50,593 nucleotides of DNA, from the IMG/VR virus record IMGVR_UViG_3300046374_000030, positions 1-50,593 of that record; one strand, given 5' to 3'. This document shows, piece after piece, positions 45,201 through 50,593 of this stretch (position 1 is its first letter; every line of letters begins with the position of its first letter). The notes under the pieces are model-generated. The model was not told where the DNA came from. It did no database searches and saw nothing but the letters and a program-made list of their open reading frames with translations. A program made the translations under genes and the position numbers. The DNA comes from a virus (taxonomy: Duplodnaviria; Caudoviricetes).

Positions 45201-48200
45201 AGTTCCTGTCCACCACCTGGGCCACCGTCGGCATGTCGTTTTCCAGCGACCCTTACATCCAGTCGATCGCCGGGAACCGCTACGCCAAGCAACGCTACGG
45301 CGACTGGATCGGCGCGTGGGCCGCGTGGCAGCGGCAGAAAGACGCCTACGGCCACAACTGGTGGAACCGAGGCGGGATGCCGAAAGGCTTCGTACCCGGC
45401 GGGCTGGCGGCCGGTGATTACAGCGCCGACGACATTCAGGGTGTTGACGCCGAGATCCTGGGCGCCGACGTCATTGCGCATTCGATGGGTTTAACGCTGA
45501 CTTCGGGCAAGGCGCGCCACCCGGTCGACAGCGGCTATCACCCCAAGGGCATGGCCGGGGACTTCAGCAACTCTTGGAAAGCCGATACGCCGGAGGAAGC
45601 CCGCTTCGCCACCTACATGGCGAGCAACTTCAAGACCAACATCGCCGAGCTGATCCATGCGACCGGGCCGGGTTGGGACGCCAACTTCAACATCAAGGAC
45701 GGCAAGTTCATCAAGGAGTACGGTGGCGTCCCCAATGTGTATGACCAGGGCACCTTGGGCGGTCACCATGACCACGTCCACCTGGCGATGGTGCCCGGTT
45801 CCTCACCGGCGCTTGAGCAGCTCGCCACCAGCGGCACGCTGCCGGCGAACTGGCAGGCCTCCGGTGGCGGGTTGAGCTTCACCAACGCATCCCTGGTCAG
45901 CTCGATCAGCAGCGGCTCGGGCGCCACCGCCACGCATGGGCCGCTGAACCCTGTGCTGGCCGGTCTGGTGCAAGGCGTGTTCGAGGCGCTGGGCTTCAAG
46001 CTGCCCCACCCGGAGGAATTTTGGGCGCAGGTGGCGGGTCACCAAGGCGCATCAGCCGCCGCCCCAGCCGCCGCTGCCCCGGCCGCAGATCTTGCCTCCC
46101 CGGACAAGCGGATCGTGAACGTCGCGGCGGGTGGTCACATCAAGGGCTATCACCTGCCGGGCCGCGACACCGTGCCGATGCTGGTCCCGCCGGGCACGTT
46201 CATCCTGAACCGGCACCGCTCCGCGCAGTACCGCGACATCGCCGACAACATCCTCGGGATGGCCGCGGGCGGGATGATTCCGATCATCACCGAACCCGGC
46301 GAGCGGGTTTTCCCGCCCGGTTCCGCCCCGCCCGGATTCCTGCACGCTATGAACCAGGGCCGGCTGCTGCGCCGCCAGCCCGGCGGCGGCACCGACGACA
46401 ACCAGACCGTCACTTTGCCGGACGGCACTCAGGTCATCCTGGTCAAAGGCCCCGGCAAGCAGGACCCGAATCTGCCGAAGATTCCCGCCCCGCCCGGCCC
46501 GTTCGACCCGTCAAAGGTGGGGGCACCGCCGTGGGCGGCAAGGGGCCTGGTGCCTCCAGGCACCCCGGGTGGGATCGAAACCATCTACGGGACGTTCGCA
46601 TGGGCGAGCCTGGACAACCTGATGGGAATGACTCAGGAAGAGGCCGTCAAATACGACGAGTGGCTTAAAGGACTCATTGCGACGGCCCAAAAGAACCAGA
46701 AAGCCGGGGACGCGGTCGGCGCGGCGCTGCTCGAGGAACAAGCCAAGATCGGTGAGGAGAACGCCGCCCGCGACGCGGTCACCAACATCCTGAACACCCG
46801 CGCCAAGGGGCTCTCGGGCCCGGACCTGGAGAACTTCAAAAAGACCGACGCGGAATACCTTGCCGCGATGGCCAAGCTCGCCAAGGCGACCTCGGATGTG
46901 GCTGCAGCCCATGACAAGGTGACGAAAGCCCAAGGCGCCTACGGCGACGCCATCAGGGACCAGCAGCTAGAGCAACTCAAGCCGGCGCCGTGGCAGGGGA
47001 AAGCCGCCGAGACGGCTGTTTCCCCCGACGCGAACGCGTCCGCGCTGGGCGCGGGCCTGATCAAAGGCATGGCCCAGGAGTTGGGGTTCGGGGATGTCTT
47101 CGGCAAGCCGCCGTGGGAGTGGGGCATCTGGAAGCTGTTCGCCGGCGGCGCATCCTACGCGATCGGTCTGGGCAACATTTTGGGCGGCGGCGTCGGTGGG
47201 GCAGCGGGAGCGGGAGCGCCCGGCGGCCTACCGGGCGGCGGCCTGCCGGGCGCCGGTGGCCCCAGTGCCGGCCCACCCACGCCGCCGGGCGGCGACGCCG
47301 CAATCTACGGGACGCTCAACGCCGACGGCTCCTACACCATGCCCGACGGAACAAAAGACGTCCCCGTCAACGGCGGATACAGCAAGCCGCACGGCCCGAC
47401 GACCGGGGATAAGGCCTGGAAATACGACGAGAAAACCAAACTCTACTACCCGCCGGGTCAAGCGCCGGCGCTCACGCCGCAAACCCCGACCCCGGGCGCC
47501 CCCGACACCGGCGCGAAACATAAGCCGGGCGATCCCGGGCCGCCGGGCAGCGGACTGGTTTACAACGACAAAGGCGAACTGGTCCCCGCCGGCAGCTACA
47601 CCCCCCCTGCGGCTGCGCCGCCAGCGCCGCCGCAGGCTCCTGGTGCGCCGCCGGCGCCGCCCGTTCCGCCGCCGTCGCAGCGCAAGTATGAGAACCCGCC
47701 CGGCGACGAGAACTCGTGGCCGGGGTTCTTCCAGACACCCGAAGGCAAGACGTGGGCGTACAACCATCCGGGCTGGATGGGCCAACACCCCGGCATCGAC
47801 CAAGCGCCGGCGCCGCCCCCACCAGCTCCGCCCGGCGCGCCGCCAACATCTGCAACACCTGGACCACCGTCGCCGGGGCAGCCGCCCGGCCTGCAACCGC
47901 CTGCCGCGCCGTCGTGGGCCGGGCCGCAGACTGCTGTGGGTCCTCCTATTCACTGGAGCACCGACAGGCAGGGCTGGGTGCTGGACAGGGACAACACCCC
48001 GGTCACCGACGATCCCAGGAGCCACTCCGGCTGGGACCCGGCCGGTCCCGCGTCCCACGGCCGCCGCGCCGACACCGCGGGTTACGTTCAGGGCGGCGAC
48101 GGCGGCCGCGTCCAGTTGGTGTCGGCCGTGCAATCCCTCGGCGCCGGAGGCGACGGGACCGGCACCCCGCAACTGGCGAGCTACTCCACCGCGACCCCGA

Positions 48201-48496
48201 TGGACTGGCTGATGCACCCCGCGAGAAGCGCCATGTTGGAGTCCTATCAGCGCGGTGATCTGCGTGTGCCCCGCGACAACAGCGGGATCGCGGCGTTTAT
48301 GCGGGCCAGGGTCAGCCAGGGCCCAGCCAATGTGCCGCTCGGCGCGCAGCCCGGCCCGCAAACCGCCAACTTCGTGTCCCTCACCACCAACAACAACGGC
48401 GTGCTGCACGGCGCCGACGAGGCCGCCAAGTTCGTTACCGGCGCGCAGGTCCAGCGCAGCGGCTGGCATCCCAGCATGTCGGGGGTGCCCGCATGA
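39251..48496 (+). CDS. Tape measure protein with muralytic domains
   Basis: 3081 aa, Ala/Gly-rich helical N-terminal part, two transglycosylase-like domains and an H-D-H peptidase-like domain. Confidence 0.93.
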   Translation: MSAPGAGQGISWVDVAASAAGIFSEMQAIGEQAAGGLARGMQSRLPGALTPVVQGAVAGAVEGAIGGGIGAVLEQKFGAEVVRAMANVGPTLRAAWAKEMQGAMSAGGGLILPAGVAEDIARNFSARVGATMRATMSKEMREAFNAAEAAAAAEAAGTAIAGGFAKGVGSIRQTIQTLFGGGLQTAATEAQALEAGQRIGRAVTGGLKQTLAEMSGAGGWLDTKQFEVAAADLQTRMMQFRQSMQAAQAGTAAAGEAEWARMRMAADDAAQGSLSAETAAQAAIQAVYARTAAWKLAADRVTAEATMRGLRNMVAAEAAAQAEITAAREAAQAANAAAAEKWAAVQAASAARIAAEQKKIFEFTKLGGIADQVGPTFQEAGRFGAEAMGQGFQAHLAQIAQKFVPVALRPAVRQFFGQTGREAGSTFTGEFNLNAEFKGIKYLKGWDRFAGEGAAEAANAAGKMSMAMKAGLAGLAVIAADVLVSGVRNAFKLVETEVSQFAKVGEDAAHALLGGFKAIANGEMPDIQSIFTVGLEGIKAGMDLPLNAIQGGLQAAVGWIPIFGSAITGAVAQVQSALGGLFSGIQSYMGIAGEFGSILLDIGNKWQEAARTIAGQTLGVDKLEGYLGVVKDVAASGDLVHFKDVAAVVGELSQRLSGLNNGAGVTREQVTELATTLAMGNELLGDTKINVDNLTAAFNSFDVPAEKTNQVLTEFINIARMTGADINDLTADIDTISPALQALGLGGEQAAMLMGLINEELGKPAMGRFSYSLARLPEQLSKAGMDYNTFVSVIQGYTKSINEAGSETEKNAIKMAAIDYAQPFLGSAKAAENYIDMIRKGIIPTQEAMTAYMREHGDALSDPIKAALDVTAKLGDKLEQLSNQVQAALLPLGEGVLEKLSKAGDGISAWLQKHQVEFIGWVGAIGEKLLDWGAKIAHFLASMMRDMAGMIEFFKNVVVGVLAFVDEQIFQFTLPWMALPDEFPMAKAMKGLNKATRDAMPALGEMARFRLDKTFEAGADALDTMGNKISGMSEGLAHLVATSQDAAAFWQAGRAEFGKVKMDPKDMTKPLIEGGEIQREAAALNDALSGAIDPNMFGAKGLTIDPTAWDQVVAQYHDRGIQIIGDKTTGQIRQIKANSQKELDDFVKYLNERFQPDMFAKYAAAGAVSFKVEPMEGKSAAEWLHDNVGLPSELAGTVGPDGVIRPKIQLQNVPPQLQGVMSGTPGVTTTTAPEEDKPKPPGGNWFQEALGWLISPLGMALGSFQYGGTVAGPGGTDNVLIRATAGEKVMSLGASQRFGQVLDAMNLQAFANGGTVLDQAGIPASMQAGSGAVGAIALPAGINVITPQPMSVSDTLVNAGIPDRLQGDVQQAGVTETGVSLPTNLSVKEASRKDAGDVMTAVGIPDKMQSGDGVQIDVKFNVVPGQQLQLGDANVPPPGSGPVTNQVFQAMKEGGFPDSEWGPLYNLIQGESSWNPMADNPSSHAFGLFQFLGHQHDKYGQMGGYSTNPYQQAHAGIQYIKDVYGSPTSAYQTWLSRSPHWYQKGGRVGLKEDKPVPSVGGKGYSFLGFAGGGDSSDPHHMGSGAQWYADAFKKLKKFFGFAAGGSPTGDVPQPWPWPGLHPGPTPGGPPGAPSVPGSKLFPWSKEPFFPQLPDYHDPTQPNVPPPQYWQDWPPHIGFGPIPRAGGGATASLSYHSESHLAPHVGLPVSKTSVWSHMLGGGLLGFNGGGQAGHPLFTSEGPEFYAAAYAHNRPWAKASGTNYQTVLSPEDEQEFIAWVKSGKHPFFDCEAKTVDYDMRGYWRSGGRRTEPHWPDTYKTPYDTSFSAESRYAIPGTPFKWQGDILVDTRDGSVVFQALAEGGGARASLSYHSESHLAPHVGLPVSKSSVWSHMANGGLLPGPGGGPGGAAIPGLPPNASAIVAPAAPYSGGTLETHSAVYKAFREAGFSDAQWGALVQLCNHENDTWDPNRGTMGPDSDAKGIFQFLSTTWATVGMSFSSDPYIQSIAGNRYAKQRYGDWIGAWAAWQRQKDAYGHNWWNRGGMPKGFVPGGLAAGDYSADDIQGVDAEILGADVIAHSMGLTLTSGKARHPVDSGYHPKGMAGDFSNSWKADTPEEARFATYMASNFKTNIAELIHATGPGWDANFNIKDGKFIKEYGGVPNVYDQGTLGGHHDHVHLAMVPGSSPALEQLATSGTLPANWQASGGGLSFTNASLVSSISSGSGATATHGPLNPVLAGLVQGVFEALGFKLPHPEEFWAQVAGHQGASAAAPAAAAPAADLASPDKRIVNVAAGGHIKGYHLPGRDTVPMLVPPGTFILNRHRSAQYRDIADNILGMAAGGMIPIITEPGERVFPPGSAPPGFLHAMNQGRLLRRQPGGGTDDNQTVTLPDGTQVILVKGPGKQDPNLPKIPAPPGPFDPSKVGAPPWAARGLVPPGTPGGIETIYGTFAWASLDNLMGMTQEEAVKYDEWLKGLIATAQKNQKAGDAVGAALLEEQAKIGEENAARDAVTNILNTRAKGLSGPDLENFKKTDAEYLAAMAKLAKATSDVAAAHDKVTKAQGAYGDAIRDQQLEQLKPAPWQGKAAETAVSPDANASALGAGLIKGMAQELGFGDVFGKPPWEWGIWKLFAGGASYAIGLGNILGGGVGGAAGAGAPGGLPGGGLPGAGGPSAGPPTPPGGDAAIYGTLNADGSYTMPDGTKDVPVNGGYSKPHGPTTGDKAWKYDEKTKLYYPPGQAPALTPQTPTPGAPDTGAKHKPGDPGPPGSGLVYNDKGELVPAGSYTPPAAAPPAPPQAPGAPPAPPVPPPSQRKYENPPGDENSWPGFFQTPEGKTWAYNHPGWMGQHPGIDQAPAPPPPAPPGAPPTSATPGPPSPGQPPGLQPPAAPSWAGPQTAVGPPIHWSTDRQGWVLDRDNTPVTDDPRSHSGWDPAGPASHGRRADTAGYVQGGDGGRVQLVSAVQSLGAGGDGTGTPQLASYSTATPMDWLMHPARSAMLESYQRGDLRVPRDNSGIAAFMRARVSQGPANVPLGAQPGPQTANFVSLTTNNNGVLHGADEAAKFVTGAQVQRSGWHPSMSGVPA

Positions 48497-49695
48497 TCAT
48501 TCCCCGCGGCCTCGAGCTGCCCTACCGGCAACCGCCTTCGGCCGGCACCCGCACCGCGCTGATAACCAGTGGCGGCCCCGTCGCCGAGGTGTGGCCGGGC
48601 ACCACCTCCACCGCCTACTATCCCGGCCTCGTCGACCCGGTGTCGTTTGATCAGCTGCCGTCACCGGTGCGCGGCATGATGACCCACGCCGTCTACCTGC
48701 CGCCCACCCAGGACCGGGTGTTCAACCTGGCCGGGCCGAGCAAAGGCCGCGAAGGGGTGCGGCTGGCGACGCAGCTGCAGGGCGATCAGCAGTGGCCCTA
48801 CAAGCAGGTCCTGGTCAACTCCCCGTACATGTACGGGGCCACCATCGAACGCCAAAACATCCCCGAACGCCTCTTCGATCTGGGCATCATCATCGGCAGC
48901 CAGGCCCCGCCGATGACCGAGTACCAGTACCGGATCGCTGAGGACAACTGGTGGGCCGGCCAGGACGAAAGCAACGACGGCTGGCTGGGGATTTACACCC
49001 GCTACTCCGGGTGGCGCTGGATTCCGGTGCGGCCCAACGAGACTGTGAAAAGCGCGCAGAAAATCGACCCCACCGCGTACGGCAACAACGCCAGCCAGTG
49101 GGACATCACCTGGGTGGCGGCGCGGCCGTACTTCACCAAACCCGCGCTGCACAGCCTGTTCGAGGCGTCCACCGCCGGATACCCGAAACCCCCACCGCAG
49201 GGCGGGGGCATCCTGTCCGGCGTCTTGTCGCCGCTGGTGACGCTGCTCGACCAGATCACCGGGCAGCCCATGTACTACTGGGGCACCCTGCCGATCGCCA
49301 ACCGCGGCGACCTGCCCTCCTACGCCACCTTCTACGTCACCAGCCCGGGGCAGGCGATCGTGCAGGACAACGAGTCGACCCGGCTGGTCACGCTGCCGTT
49401 CACCCAGCCGTCGGTGGGCACCTACATGTGTGACACCGAGCCCGCGCACCGCACCCTGACCGCGGCCAACGACCCGACCGACAACCTGATCTTCGACATC
49501 ATCCGGCAGTCGATGATCCTGGACTTCTTCCTGTCCGGCATCGCCAACGAGGGACTCCCCTTGCAGCTGACATGGAACGGGAAGTTTATCTTCGCGATCC
49601 CACCGCAGACGGTGGTCAATCTGACCGTCGCGCATTCGCAGCCCGAAGGCAAAATCCTGGCGGTCGTGCCGCAGCGGTTCAAGCGGAGCCGCTGA
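48493..49695 (+). CDS. Minor tail protein (distal tail, Dit-like)
   Basis: Follows the TMP; FNLAGP..GREGVRL, GWRWIPVR, IANRGDLP. Confidence 0.85.
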   Translation: MIIPRGLELPYRQPPSAGTRTALITSGGPVAEVWPGTTSTAYYPGLVDPVSFDQLPSPVRGMMTHAVYLPPTQDRVFNLAGPSKGREGVRLATQLQGDQQWPYKQVLVNSPYMYGATIERQNIPERLFDLGIIIGSQAPPMTEYQYRIAEDNWWAGQDESNDGWLGIYTRYSGWRWIPVRPNETVKSAQKIDPTAYGNNASQWDITWVAARPYFTKPALHSLFEASTAGYPKPPPQGGGILSGVLSPLVTLLDQITGQPMYYWGTLPIANRGDLPSYATFYVTSPGQAIVQDNESTRLVTLPFTQPSVGTYMCDTEPAHRTLTAANDPTDNLIFDIIRQSMILDFFLSGIANEGLPLQLTWNGKFIFAIPPQTVVNLTVAHSQPEGKILAVVPQRFKRSR

Positions 49696-50593
49696 TGAGC
49701 CAGTTCCTGCAGGGCATCGGGCTGCTGCCGGCGCAGTCCACCATCGGGATGAAACTCACGCAATGGGTGGACCAATACCTGCCCACCCCGGGAATCCCCG
49801 ACGTGCCCGACATGGTGACCGCGCCGTGCCAGACCGCCGCCTACCTCAACGGTGTGCGGCTGACCACGCTGATGTCGTCCAAGCAGAAGCCGTTGATCCG
49901 GCTCGCCGACTGCAACATCGACATCCTGCAGGAGCTGGACGGGGAGCTCGACTGCTCGATGGAAGAACTGATGGACGACACCGGCAAGTGCACGGTGAAG
50001 ATCCTCTACGACAACTGGCTCACCGATTACATGACGGTGCAGACGCAGCTGATCACCGACCTGAATTTGCTGATCGACCCGATCCCCACCAAGCCGGACT
50101 GGAGGACCCGTTGGGCGGGGAAGATCACCGAAATCCACATTAAAAAAGACGACAAAGGTGTGCACTCGATCGAGCTGACCGCGCTGTCGTTTTTCGAGCA
50201 CGCCAAGCGGCTGCTGATCGCGGCCAACCCGATCTTCCCACCCGAAATCCAATTGCCGAGGATGTGGGTTTTGCCCGGGCCGTGCCGCACCATCTGCGCG
50301 CTGTCCACGTTCATCAACCTGGGTCGGCTGTTCATGCCGATCTGGTCGACCATCACCAACGTGTTCAACCCGGCGCAGTGGATCAACCCGCTGGGCCCGG
50401 ACGCGGTGCTCAACTTTTTGCCCACAATGTGGCCGATCCAGGTCGCGTTCGTGGATACGGTGATCGACCAGTCCCGGTGGACGGCGATCGGCGCCACCTG
50501 GACCGACATGTACAAGGCGTTCAAGGATGTGCTCACCGACGCGGGCTGCATCATGCGCTGCTACTGCTATTTGACCACCGACCCGGACAGCCC
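49695..50593 (+). CDS. Minor tail protein (baseplate hub, partial)
   Basis: ATG at 49695, open to the window end; PLIRLAD, RWAGKI, NPIFPPEIQLP, WPIQV. Confidence 0.85.
   Translation, partial: MSQFLQGIGLLPAQSTIGMKLTQWVDQYLPTPGIPDVPDMVTAPCQTAAYLNGVRLTTLMSSKQKPLIRLADCNIDILQELDGELDCSMEELMDDTGKCTVKILYDNWLTDYMTVQTQLITDLNLLIDPIPTKPDWRTRWAGKITEIHIKKDDKGVHSIELTALSFFEHAKRLLIAANPIFPPEIQLPRMWVLPGPCRTICALSTFINLGRLFMPIWSTITNVFNPAQWINPLGPDAVLNFLPTMWPIQVAFVDTVIDQSRWTAIGATWTDMYKAFKDVLTDAGCIMRCYCYLTTDPDS

Larger units (their letters stand above)
1..50593. mobile_element. Siphovirus-type actinobacteriophage genome segment
   Basis: Terminase-portal-protease-capsid-head/tail-major tail-chaperone-tape measure-minor tail order, high GC, dense small overlapping ORFs, tRNA array, no host housekeeping genes. 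Confidence 0.95.

Noticed and set aside
15397-48469. Long minus-strand ORFs (15397..17229, 25957..27711, 30180..31724, 32102..33442, 39227..40912, 42554..44359, 47228..48469)
   Set aside because: Antisense shadows of genuine plus-strand genes caused by GC3 codon bias.

Overview
High-GC genome segment of a tailed dsDNA actinobacteriophage (siphovirus gene order, mycobacteriophage-like; host is inferred). Layout: (i) 1-4.5 kb, mostly minus-strand small ORFs with an RHH and an HTH regulator; (ii) 4.6-21.3 kb, a long rightward run of small overlapping hypothetical genes ending in a methyltransferase/glycosyltransferase cluster and a probable terminase small subunit; (iii) 21.3-25.8 kb, an array of 31 hand-folded tRNA genes covering all 20 amino acids; (iv) 26.3 kb to the end, virion genes (TerL, portal, HK97 protease fusion, capsid, head-tail, major tail, frameshifted chaperones, 3081-aa tape measure, minor tails). 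No integrase, polymerase or lysin is recognisable in the window. Main discovery: the tRNA array falls into six blocks, each preceded by a tiny leader ORF made largely of codons for the amino acids of that block's tRNAs. In five blocks the leader RNA can base-pair with the 5' acceptor strand of the first tRNA. This looks like a ribosome-stalling, attenuation-like sensor that switches on a tRNA block only when those tRNAs are depleted. The sequence pattern is observed; the mechanism is inferred. Also found: a conserved late-promoter motif and a recurring GTGTCC-N6-GGACAC operator.
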